From contig OZ024740.1 of assembly GCA_964016885.1 (NCBI GenBank), forward strand, positions 241,552,001 to 241,616,000: a DNA stretch of 64,000 bases, read 5' to 3'. A program made the position numbers and the translations under genes. The notes under the pieces are model-generated. The model saw only the letters and a program-made list of their open reading frames with translations, was not told the origin of the DNA and searched no databases. Numbering within the stretch: the stretch's first letter is position 1; each line of letters starts with the position of its first letter. This DNA comes from Eledone cirrhosa (lineage: Eukaryota). Below, piece by piece: positions 43,389 to 55,700 of this stretch.

Positions 43389-43634
43389 ACGTGGGAAAGT
43401 AAGAAATCGGAGAATAGACCTTTAAAACAAGGTTCATTGCTCGCAAAAATAACTTTTTTTGCGAGCAATGAACCTTGATGTGAATTTAACCCCCCAAACT
43501 CTTTCCGAGCAATGTAAGGAACACTTTTGGTTATTTATGCCCTTGAGAAGTCCAACTGGGCGAAACGTACGTAGGTGCTGTTTTAAATAAACATGTTTTA
43601 ACGGTCTATTCTCCGATTTTTTACTTTCCCACGT
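43389..43634. mobile_element. Miniature fold-back PLE relic with U3-A8 hammerhead-like motif (43538-43578)
   Basis: ~42-bp terminal inverted repeats, internal ~22-bp hairpin, TTGAGAA-GTCC/GGGC-GAAA-CGTACG-TA. Confidence 0.6.
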
Positions 43635-44401
43635 ATATATATATATATATATATATAGTAGGTATTAATTTAATGAAAATAACAAAAAAGTCGAGATACT
43701 TTTGCCTGTTCATATCATTATTTTACGATGTTTCGGAGGGTTGATCATATTGACATATTGTCTGATCTATAGCAGTTATATAACTGTATACTATCAGACC
43801 TCATATATAGGTTGGATTAGACCGCCTTCTTCCAAGAAGACGGTCTCTGCATCAGACTCTATATCTAAGGGATTAACTCAGCGGAATATTGAGTTCTATC
43901 TATGGTACGAACCCTACCACCAAAGATAGACCATATTGAAAAAATATATATATATAAGAATATATATAAAATATGTGACTATATTGAGGTACCTCACTAT
44001 TTTCTTTGGTAAGATGAGAGAAGTCCAATGCATATTACTGTCCTCGGTTTCTCGGGAGTATAAACTGGACGATTAAATTATCGACAGTGAAAATATCCTG
44101 TTGTTAAGGCCGGTTCAGGTAGGAGAGCATTTAAAATTCAAAATTATAAAAAAGTCAAGAGTATGAAATTATTGATTACTATTTGATTTCTACGCACGTT
44201 TCAATACGACTAAAATATCACATTCATGTGAAGAACAAATTGAAATTATGAATTAACAATTATCTACATTATAGGTGTTACATCCTAACCGTATATCTTA
44301 TTTGTCTTGGTGAATTTATCTTTCTAAATAAATTCACCAAGAAAACTCTTTAAGAAGCTTAAAACTGAAACCTAAAGAAGATGGATTTTAAACAATAGTT
44401 A

Positions 44402-44503
44402 TAATTGTTTCTACTTTAGGCACAAGGCCAGCAATTACCCAGTGTATTACTGGTACTTTATTTTATCGACCCCGTAAGGATGAAAGGCAAAGTCAACCTC
44501 GGC
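44402..44503 (-). mobile_element. tRNA-SINE 3' half
   Basis: Core match to 16665-16852. Confidence 0.8.
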
Positions 44504-44732
44504 CTTTCATCCTTACAATAGTTACAATAGTTATAATGCCTTACTCACAACGCGAAAATAAGTTATTCTATTTTAATTTTTGAAACAGATTAGGAAAAAA
44601 ACGGTAATTATCTACTAGTGCTGTGTATATATATGTATATATTTCTCTCTCTCTTAATATATATACAATATTCTTATTATGTATTTATATATATATATTA
44701 CTCCATACATATTATGCTTACTAATTAAATGT

Positions 44733-44785
<53 letters not shown>

Positions 44786-44837
44786 CTATTCGGATGATTC
44801 TATTTGTATTTAACCGATTTAGATAGATATGTCTTAC

Positions 44838-44989
44838 CCTTTTGTCCATAGACAATAGAAGAACCATTTTGTTGCATTTCTATTTCATCAATCCAAAAGT
44901 AATTATCCGATATTTGCCTGCGAGATCTCTGCCATATAAATGAATTTGATGTATTATGGTTGACGATCCCACCTGTGTACCACTGCAAA
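44838..44989 (-). CDS. Host-gene exon B: C-type lectin domain middle
   Basis: cttag|...|gtaaga, phase 2/1; (S)LQWYTGGIVNHNTSNSFIWQRSRRQISDNYFWIDEIEMQQNGSSIVYGQK(G). Confidence 0.8.
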
Positions 44990-45000
44990 CTAAGATCAAA

Positions 45001-45036
<36 letters not shown>

Positions 45037-45037
<1 letters not shown>

Positions 45038-48000
45038 GTTGCATTTATCTTGCTTTATGTTCATACGAGTTTTCACCAAGTCACAACCAGTGACGTCAAG
45101 AGACAACAAGGTCCGCCATATTCAAGAAAGAACATACATACACACACATGCATCTTTAGGTATTTAGACTTGTGATGTACCCATATTGACAGAATCTTCC
45201 CTAGTATATGGGCAGTTCCCATTGGTAATATCTTTTGTATTTCTCCTATATGCGGGTTTCCTGGGATTTGCGATAAGTAATCATTAGACCCCTTAGGTAT
45301 CATTCATAGAGCGCCTACAACCACTGGTATTGTTTTTGTTCTCAATTTCCACATTTTTCCAATTTCTATCTCCAGGTCTTTATACTTGCTCAATTTTTCA
45401 AATGTTTTTATAGATATATTCTTGTCTATTGGAACAGACATATCAATTAGCAGGCATACCCTCTTTTTACAGTCCTTCAGTATTATATCAGATCTATTTG
45501 CATCTATTTTTCGGTCAGTTTGGATGCTAAAGTTCCACAAGATTGAGATGTGAACTTTTTCAAGTATGGGAGGTGGTTGATGCTCCCACCAATTCTTTTG
45601 ATGGGGCAGGTCAATATGCTTACACATTATCCAATGTATATATTGTGCAGCTCTGTCATGCCTGTTTAGATATTCGGTTTGAGCTATAGGACTGTACATT
45701 GAAATTATATGATCAATGGTCTCTGGTTGTTTTTTTTACATACATGGCATAATGGGTTGCATCCATTTTTTTATTATGTTGGCTTGGTAATTTTTTGTTG
45801 GCAGACCCTGATCTTCTGCTGATATAATCAGTCCTTCAGTCTCTGATTTCAGTCCAGAGGATGCCAACCACTGATGGGTTAAAGTTTTGTCAACATCAGG
45901 ATTATTAGTTCTTTCTGGGTATTTTCCATAGGTTTTTCCAAAGGCTTTTCTTGCCATTGCTTAGCCAGTTTCTGTAGCAGTTCTTTCTTTGCAGTTACTT
46001 TTACCTGCTTTGCTTTTTCTGTGTTTTTCGTTTCAGCAGTAAATGGAACTTCTGAAATTTGTAGTTCATTACTGTATCTTTGTGCATCTTTTGTAATGGA
46101 GTATGATCTTTTGATGCTTTTATGTTTCAAAACGAGTTTGATCATCCAAACATGTGATTCCCTTTGATATGTAGATAATCCAATTGTTGCAGTTTTCAAA
46201 GCAATATCTAACTGGATTAATCCACGTCCTCCTTCTGTGCTAGATATATATATTATATCTGTATCTGCCTTAGGGTGATGCATCCTGTGCATGGTTAAGA
46301 ATTTTTTAATTTTTGTATCGAGCCTATGGATCTCTGTGCTTGACCAGTTGATGTGACATTGAAACTGTAGGTTACTACTGGTATGGCAAGCGTGTTTATG
46401 GCATCGATCCTATTCCTTGCATTCAATTCCGTTCTTAAGATTGCTCTTACTCTGCGGTAACATTCCTTCCTTATCCTTTCCCTCATTGTCGAGTGCTTGA
46501 TTCCGTCTCCTTCACAAACACCTAGATATTTGTAAGTTTCCTCTTGATCAAGTTCTCTTATCACATTTCCCCGATCAAGATTAATGTCTGAACTTCTCAG
46601 CAGCTTTCCTCTGGTGAACGTGGCTTTGGCGCATTTGTCTAGTCCAAACTCCATTTTAATATTATCACTGAACTGCTTCACAGTGGATAATAGTCCTTGC
46701 AATTGCTCATCATTTTTTGCAAATAGTTTCGGGTCATCCATATAGAACAAGTGATTAATGGTTTTGTCATAGACTTTATATCCATGTTTTGTTTCATTGA
46801 GCATTTTACTTAATGGTATAAGTGCGATGCAGAATAAAAGCGGTGATAAAGAGTCACCCTGAAAAATTCCACAATTAATATTAACTTCTCCAGCTTACAG
46901 TGATTTTTTTTCACTATTCAAAAGGAGTGTCGTTTTCCATGTCTTCATAGTGAATGACAGAAACCTCCTGAGAACTGGAGATATTTTGAAAATCTCTAAA
47001 CACTTTTCAATCCACCTGTGTGGCAAACTATCGAATGCTTTTTTATAATCTATCCAAGCAATTGATAGATTTTTGTGTCTATTATGACAATCTTCCAGTA
47101 TCATTTTGTTAACCAAAAGCTGATCCATACAGCCATATGAGCCTCGTTTACACCCTTTCTGCTCATTGGGAAATATATCATTTGTTATCAGGTGATCATA
47201 TGTATATTCAGTTAGGACTGATATTAAAATGTTATACATTGTGGTCAAGCAAGTTATCGGTCTGTAATTTTTGGGATTGTTTGTCTCATCATTCTTCGGA
47301 AGTAGGAATGTAATGCCGTTAACTAGCCATGATGGTATCTTTTCTAGCTCCTTAACCATTTCCTTGTAAATTTGGGCTAACAGCTCATGAGACTCTGTGA
47401 AGGCATTTATCCAAAAATTTGGTATTTTGTCTTTCCTTGGAGATTTCCATTTGCTGGATTTTCTAAGAGCTAAACGCAGATGTTCAACTGTTATATTTTC
47501 CCATGTTTGTTCCTCAAGGTGAGCTGTATCTTTCATTTGTCTGTCTATCCATGGGGCATGTATATTATGAACTTTTTCTTCGGCCCAGATCTTTTCCCAG
47601 AATTCTTGCACTTCCTCCTCGGGTGGTATTGATTTAGCAGTTATTGTTGACTTACCAATTTTTCTGTAGTTTCTTTGGTTGTTTGTTTCTATTAGCATGT
47701 CTCTGTCACTTGTTGAGTTTATACTGTATTTTCTTTTCAATTTTCTAAGTTTAGTTTGTTTAACATGTTCACCTACTTTGTAGTTTGCAGATCCAGTATG
47801 TCAGATCGGAGAAGGTTTATTTGGCGATTGATGTTCTCTTGCCAAGTAGGTTTTTTGTGGGAATTCCTTTGTTTTTTCATTTTTACTCCACATAAGTGAG
47901 TGGTGACTTTAGCCGATGCATAATAGAGATGATTTAGATCAGTAATGTTTAGTTTATTTATGATGATAATGTTTTTCAGAGTTATGTTAGTCTTGCGTAT

Positions 48001-48895
48001 TATCCTTTGGTTTTGTTTGGAGTTCTGGATCTTAGGGAGAGTGTCTCGTTCCCCCATGTCAGATTTTTCATTTTCATCCATTCGATCATAATTTCATTCT
48101 TCAAGTTGGCGAGTTCATTCTCATTCATTTCTTAATCATTTACGATCTCATTGTTTTAATTTTGAGTTTCATCTTGAGTATGCACTCCCTCCACTTTTTC
48201 GATCCTTTCTTTAATTTGTTCTGCTGTCAGTGATTCCGCCCCAACCCTGGAATTTGAAGTGTTACAATTTACTTCGTTTTCACTGACACATGTTTCATTT
48301 TCCCTTCGCTGACTTTGCGCTAATTGCTTGATCTGATCAATTTCTATATCAGTTAGTAACTTTTTCTTAACAATATTTCTTCGTATATTAGCTAGTTTGT
48401 TACTGTCAATATAGTCTCTGTTTTCGGGATGTTTCTTTTTCCAGTTGATATACGTCTGTTCTGTATTCGATCTATTTGATGGGTAGTACATGGCAGTGTA
48501 GAAAGCCTCAAGGACTTCTTTATTGTCTTCCCTTGACCATTTTCATCTCATTTTTTGAGGGGGTTTCTTGGTGGTGAGTATGGAGGGCCAACAGTAGGAG
48601 CATTCGGTTATGGGAGGTCTCCAGCTCCGAATTGATGGGAAGGCTTGAAATCATTAGCTGATTTTTCGACCCCAGTCTGGTTCTTCTCTGAGGGACGCGG
48701 CCCTTTTTGACCCGGGTGACGGCCGATCCGGTATGAGATTTTATCATTTGACATTGGCTTTATTTTGTTGCGTTTTATCCTTAACTGCCAAGGGGTAATC
48801 ATTTCGTGTTACCACTCCTAGGACGAGTGTCAACCAAGACTAGAGGAGTTGTCCTCCCCTAGAGACACGGTTATTCCCCGACGGCCGCCATCCCG
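45037..48895 (-). mobile_element. Near full-length decayed R4/Dong-clade non-LTR element (RT + CCHC + RLE)
   Basis: YRPITCL, WIDYKKAFDS, GIFQGDSLSP, HLFYMDD, YKYLG, RHD, NRSDII..LIDMSVP..KYKDL; (TAA)n at both flanks. Confidence 0.88.
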
Positions 48896-48927
48896 TATTA
48901 TTATTATTATTATTATTGCGCATTATT

Positions 48928-50983
48928 ACTGCTTTACCTAGCACAGCTCTGTGCGACTTGGGTATGAGCAGTGTAGTTTTTGCTCATATTGTTTCTATTA
49001 TATAGGTTTCTATTAAAGGCGGTGGATTGGCAGTATCGGTAGAGGGTCGGACGCCATGCTTTGACGCATAGAGTTACGGCCCTTGCCATTCTGAGTTCAA
49101 ATCCCGCCGAGGTTAACTTTGCCTTTCATCCTTACGGGGTCGATAAAATAAAGTACCAGTAATACACTGGGTATTTGCTGGCCTTGTGCCTAACGTAGAA
49201 ACAATTGTTTCTATTATATTGATAGTACTTTCCGCAATATACGTGCAGTGCCTAGTAGTGCTATCTTTTGTATGCTGTATATATTTGTAAGTCCTGGGGT
49301 TTTCGCTATGTATTTGTCTGTGTGTTTTTTTTATCATTCCTAGAGCAACTATTATTATAGGTATTGTTTCTGTTTTCATTTTCCACGTTCGAGTTGTTTC
49401 TATTGTTAGATCTTTATATTTGGAGAGTTTCTTTATTTCTTTGGAAGATATATTGTCATCTGTGGAGATTAATACATCTATTAGAAGGCATTTTATTCTA
49501 TGTGGTATTTGACTATACTATCTGGTCGGTTGGCCTTGATCTTTCTGTCTGTATGTATTGGCATATCCCAGAGAATGGTTGCTTTTTCATTCTCTGAGAC
49601 TTCTTCTGGTGTGTACCATCTTTTTTCTGTTGGTATTTCATAATGCTGGCATAATTTGCAGTGTATGAAGGTCCCAACTCTATCATGTATGTGGATATAT
49701 TCTTTTTTGGCTTGAGATGGGCATCCAGAGACTATGTGATTGATTGTTTCTTCCCTATCTCCACATATTCTACAGTTACTTCTAGTACTTTGTTTCATTA
49801 TGTACTTCAGGGGCAGTGGATTGGCAAGGAGCAGTGGATTGGCAAGGGGAAGTGGATTGGCAGTATCGGTAGAGGGTCGGACACCATGCTTTACGATCTG
49901 AGTTCAAATCCCGCCGAGGTTGACTTTGCCTTTCATCCTTACGGGGTCGATAAAATAAAGTACCAGTAATGCACTGGGTAATTGCTGGCCTTGTGCCTAA
50001 AGTAGAAACAATTATGTACTTCAGGTAATTTCTGTTAGGTAGACTCTGGTCCTGCGCTGCAATTAGAAATCCTTCCGTCTCAGCTTTTAGTCCAGTACTT
50101 CGGAGCCAGTTTTGTGTGTTTTCTTTGTCTACTTCCTTTCTATTTAGTTTTTGGGGGGTATTGGTCATGTAAGGATTTCTCTTGTCATCGTTTTAACATG
50201 AGATTGTGGATGTCAGTTTTCAATTTAAATTTTATGTCTTTTACAATTTCTATTGTTGTTTTTTCTTTGCTTTCATTTTCCTCACAATTATCTGTTAGTC
50301 CAGTTTCTGATTTGAATGTGTTGGCTTCCTTGCAGACCAAGAACATTTTTTTTTTATTTTGTTCATGTTTCGGGGCTATCTGTATTAGCTTTCCTTTGTT
50401 TTTATTAGGTATTTTTGTAGTCCTACAGTAGTTATTTCATAAGAGATTTGCATATTTCATAAGAAAGTTGCATAAGGCCACTTTCTCCTTGTGTTCTTGG
50501 TAGGTATAATATTTATACGTCTGATTTTGGATGGTGTATTCTAAATGCAGTCATTATTTTTCTTGTTTTTCAATCTATTTCAGCTAGTTCTTTTAGTGTC
50601 CAGTTCAGAATATTAAAGCTGTAGCTCATTACTGGGCCTGCTAAAGTGTTGATGCCAATCACCTTATTCTTTGCATCATTTAGTTTAGTTTGGAGTATTA
50701 ATTCTTCTGTAGTCTTCTTTTCTAATCTTTTCTGTCATCTGTATGTGCGAATCTTATTTAGTTCGTTTATTCTTAAGTATCTATATGTTTCAGTTTGATC
50801 TAGTTCTCTTATTTCTGTTTCTTTATCTAACATGATGCTATTGCGTTTCATTAATTTCCCTCTCTTCAGAGCACATTTTTCTAATCCAAGTTACATACCT
50901 ATTTCTTTTGTGAATTCGCGTACAGTTTGGAGCACTGTTTGGAGTTGTTTTTCATTTGTAGCAGACAGCTTTATATCACCCAT
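48928..50983 (-). mobile_element. Second R4/Dong-type element, truncated at the YMDD region, carrying two SINE insertions (49018-49205 and 49812-50012, + strand)
   Basis: KAETEGFLIAAQDQ, CRICGDREETINHIVSGC, NRPD; 15-bp TSD attatgtacttcagg around the second SINE. Confidence 0.85.
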
Positions 50984-51031
50984 AATAATAATAATAATAA
51001 TAATAATTATTAATATTATTTTATTATTATT

Positions 51032-52137
51032 GGAGTCTCAGTCATTGATGTTATTTAACTGGAAAGTTTGTTGAAATGAACATCAAGCCGCTGCCTGCAG
51101 CCTCAGGTATTCAGGACGTATCGGAGGGTTCTTGCTGTTCCCAGCAAGCATGCCTTTTGAAGTGTTCCAAAAAATGGGGCTGGACTAATGTTCTTTAACC
51201 ACCCTTGAAAACTCTTTGAGATAGTACCTAGTGCTCCTATGACTATCGGAACGACCTTGATCCCATGACAATCCCAAATCCTTTTTAACTCCTACTTTAA
51301 ATCCTGGTATCGGTTAATTTTCTCCTCCTTTTCTTGCACTCTTGTGTCAAAGGCGCAGGCTACATCTACAATCAGGCACGATCTTTTTTCCTTGTCCAAA
51401 ACCACCAGGTCAGGCCTATTGTGCTCTAATTTCCCGTCTGTCTGTATCGTGAAATTCCATAGCACCTTCACATGATTGTTTTCTATCACAGATTCTGGCT
51501 TATGCTCACACCACTTCTTAGAATGTAGTAAATTGTTTAGTTTGCATAAATGCCAGTGAATCACCTCTCCTATTATATCATGTCTCCAGCCTTTAAAATG
51601 AGTCTGGGTTAGGTGTTTACACTCGGATACGATGTGAGCCACAGTCTCCTCTCTCTCTCCACATACCCTATACAGTGAGCTAGCCTCCTTTTTGTCAATA
51701 TGGTGTTTCACCCGCTTCTGAGGGCTTGCTCTTGTGCAGCTACTAGCATTCCTTCTGTAGATTTTTTAAGGTCTCCTCTTTTTAACCAGTTCCATATCTG
51801 TCAATCTCTGAATTCCGTTTTCTTAAAGAAGGTGCTACGAGGGATTTTTCATGAAGGTTGCTCTTCCTCTTTGTTGTTATTACCTCCTTGGACATCCCCT
51901 AGTCTATTATCTTCACCTTCAGTACAACTTTGAGCATTGGTTCACTACTCTCAGACATATTTGTTCAGACTGCTTTTCTCCACCTGAACACAGTCATCTA
52001 TGCTGATAAGACCACTTCCACCTTCAGATCTCTTTAAGTACAGTCTATCAACATCACTCCTCTTGTGGAACATGTTGTAGGTAGTCATTAGCTTCCTAGT
52101 ATTTCTATCCATTTCCTTTTGTTCAGTAACATTCCAT
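51032..52137 (-). mobile_element. Third R4/Dong-type 3' fragment (different family)
   Basis: VCGEREETVAHIVSEC, RHD, NRPDLVV..IVDVA..RYQDL. Confidence 0.8.
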
Positions 52138-52199
52138 ATATATTTTATATTTATTGATTATTTTTACTTAGACACTAGGCCAATTAAAAAGAAGAAATT

Positions 52200-52424
52200 T
52201 GGATGATCACCAAAGAGATGGTTTCGACTTAGCACCATTTATCCGAACACAAATACTAGGACATTCGTACAGAGATTTTTGGGCAACAAGAAGCTGTCCA
52301 TCGAACCTTCCACAACAAGTCGCGTGGAACGCAGTCATATGCCATTTTGAGGTCTTCGAAACAAACATGCACATCTTCGCAATACTCCCACGATTTGCCA
52401 AAGACTTATCGCAATGTAAGTATA
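52200..52424 (-). mobile_element. RTE RT fragment
   Basis: Hand translation CFEDLKMAYDCVPRDLLWKV ... KSLYE..ICVRING. Confidence 0.6.
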
Positions 52425-52783
52425 CTAGCTGACGTACCCAGCTTCGCCCGGGTAAACAGATGATAAGAGAAAACAGGTAAAAGAGAAAATGACTGTATTG
52501 GATGTTTGTCTGGTTACAGTATGAGGCGAGTCAGTGGTGTCTGTGTGATACATAAAACAGTAAAAAAAATCTTCCATATATACCAGATTCTTCGTTGTAC
52601 CGTTTGTGCATAGTATATGAACAATTCTAGGTGTTCCCACCTAGAATAGTGACCTCTAGGAGATGGTTCATTTTCTGCCTGACTGGAAAACGTGTATCCT
52701 TGCATAGACGTGGTTGTTCCACATTTCTCAAAAGGATGATGGAAGTTCCAAGCTTTTATATTATATGTAGATATAGATATAGA
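52425..52783 (-). mobile_element. Short non-autonomous Helitron (may also supply the 3' end of the adjacent large Helitron)
   Basis: 5' A|TCTATATC; 3' hairpin CCCGGGCGAAGCTGGG then CTAG|T at 52428-52425. Confidence 0.7.
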
Positions 52784-55700
52784 TAATTAATATAAAAGAT
52801 GTCCGTCAATGTAAAAAAGGTCCCTATTTACTTGAAATGGTTTATACAAATGCCAAATTAATATGGATATGGATAACATGCTTATCTATAAGTGGTCAGC
52901 TATAATAATAAAACAACAAATTATATGACACAAAAATGTATTCAGTAATGTCCAGGCTCTTAGCCACTGAGTAATAGACAGTCAATGTTGCCCAGAGTTC
53001 AACTCGGGGAGGTGGCCTGGTTTGAACTCCAAATGGCGGATCCTTTTACTTCGAAAATAGAATCGTTTTTCAATATTACTCTAGCCCAAGCCGGCCATAG
53101 GATCCAACCTTTTTGCCAGACACAGCATATGATGAGGTTTTATTACCATTGCAATCAGAAGCGATAAATTTGAAGGCAATTTCTACCAATACTTGTAGAT
53201 TTTTATTGCTCATTATCGACAATAAATGACATTGAACAGAAATAATAACTCTGTCAAAGCTCACAATACTGATCAAAGGACACCAATGTCTGAATCATTT
53301 ACGTCGAATATTCATAGCAGTGAAGGCAATTTCTACCAATACTTGTTGGTATTTATTGCGCAACATAGCAGTGAAAGCAATTTTTACCAATACTTGTTTG
53401 TTTTTATTGCTCATAACGACATTAAATGACATAGAACATAAATGATAACTCTGTCAAAGCTCACAATACTGATCAAAGGACACCAATGTCCGAATCATTT
53501 ACGTCGCTTATTGATAGCATTAAAGATATGCATACAACAGCTCAATGCTTCATTATAGACATTATTATTCAGGGCTGTTCCTCTGTTAGTGGTATCAATT
53601 GCAAATGTTATACCATCAGGATCGCACACTAGAGATGCAGCAACATACAGTTGCCCATGGCTGAATGCTGGACCATTCAAGTAGACACTGACTCGCTTGA
53701 AAGTCTGTCCCTGTGCCTAGTTGACAGTCATGGAGAAGGCCAAATTGACGGGAAACTGTCTCCTTTGCCAAATGAATGGCAGCAGATCTTCACTTGGTCT
53801 CAGCATGATCCTCGGAATGAGAACCGATTTCTCTCTGCCTGGGTGTTTAGCTTCTAAAACTCTTCCGTTAATCAATCTCTCAACAATCAATCTGGTACCA
53901 TTGCAAAGACCCATTTTATGATTGATATTTCTAAGCATACCCTTTTTCAACCTCAAAATATGTAGGGGAAATCCGGGTATTTGAAGTGAATTCAGATACT
54001 CAGTCGGAACATCCATATTGTTCTGCTGATTAGGCTCCATTGCATCGCACTGACGGTCAATCATTCCTCTCCGGGAAACATTCCGGCTAATTGTGAATTT
54101 ATTTCATCGACCGTTGCATTCGTATGAGTTAGAATAACGCGTTCCGATATCCAGAAGATATTCTGCCAAAAAGCATTCAAATTAGGGAACACCAAGTCAA
54201 ACAATGCTTGGCAGTCCAGTGGCATGACCAAATGGTCTGGGATTCTTACAGTCTGATTATCACCAACGTGTGGCAGTTCATCGTTTCCCAACTGCATCAA
54301 CCATCGGCCGTATGCCTTAGCCTCTTCGTTTTTCCCGAACATACGAACTCACATATTATCGTGTAATCGAAAAACTCTGAAATGGCGCCACAACGGGAAC
54401 TTTTTCAGACATGCATCGACAATTTGCGCTCTTTGAGCATTCCTAACAATTGGTAGCACCTGTCTGAAATCGCCACCACGAACGATAGTATTACCACCGA
54501 ATGGCAGGTTACTACCGCAGATATCTCTCAAAGTTCTGTCCAATGCCTCCAGCAAATATCTGTGTGCCATTGGAGCCTCGTCCCAAATAATCAGAGACGT
54601 ATTGCGTATAAGGCACGCGAGTTCACTTTGTCCTGTAATGTTACAGACACTCAACTCATCCAGACCAATGGAGCCATAAAGCATGAGTGGAAAGTCCTTC
54701 TACCACTCAGCAAAGTGGCAGCGATCCCACTGGTGGCCACGGGGAGAGCAATCTTCCTCTGAGCTCTGACTGCCGATAACATAGTGTTGAAACAGAATGT
54801 CTTTCCGGTGCCTCCTGGAGCATCTATGAAAGCCCAAAGTTGCTCATTAGTGGAAATCGAGTGGAGAACGCCATCGACCAATTCCCTCTGATATTGGGTC
54901 AACATTGGCATACGTTCATCCACAATACGTTGCTGTTCCAGTGTATCAAACTGGAATAGTTCCCTCCGATCGAGTGGCAACGGTCTAAGCTGCAATCTCA
55001 TGTTCAATGCTAAGACACGTTGCCGCATTTCTTCATCAGGAATCGGCAAATTGAAATCTGTTAAACATTTGAAATGAACTTCAAGCAGTTGCTCAATATT
55101 GAGCAAAACAATAGCTTTCATCAAATTTTCATCATCGACCTGAAGATGATGCCTAAAATCATCAGCCATAATTCCCCAATGGCGTTCAAATAACTCTCTT
55201 GGATCGGCAGGATTACAGAATCCTAGAATCGTGACAAACAACTACCTTATTTGAGCTGGCATCTGTGTTGTTCCTGCAGCTTCCATGGCGTTATTCCATT
55301 CAGCGTCATCCCGAAGGAGTCCCAGATGCTGACACACAGCCTGGTATGTTTCATATTCTACGCCATTGATTATTTTCAAATCAGCGAAGTTCTGTTTACC
55401 TCTCGAATAATCATTATGAAACAGAATTCGGAGATAAAACACATCACCAGATGCCGGATGGACATTACAAAGGTCATGAATCTCAACTTTTGTTTTCTAT
55501 CATTCCATTTCTTTCCCTTCTTATCCCACGTATAGTGCGAAGGGAAATCGCAGTAGAGTTGCCTTTGATCCGGGTTCAAAGCATGTTCCATATTATGCTT
55601 GAACCACTCACTCAATTCCGTCTTAGGTGGTGGTGCGTTAGCAATTCTTTCGACACCTCTTCTAGTGTCCTGAAAACAGACCATTTGCCTATTCTCTAAG

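Noticed and set aside
44185-44345. GAAA-CGTGCG-TA half-hammerhead on the minus strand
   Set aside because: No CUGANGA partner found; the region is disrupted by a hairpin junction
48800-48895. HDV-like ribozyme in the Dong 5' UTR
   Set aside because: Hairpins are present but I could not build the nested double pseudoknot
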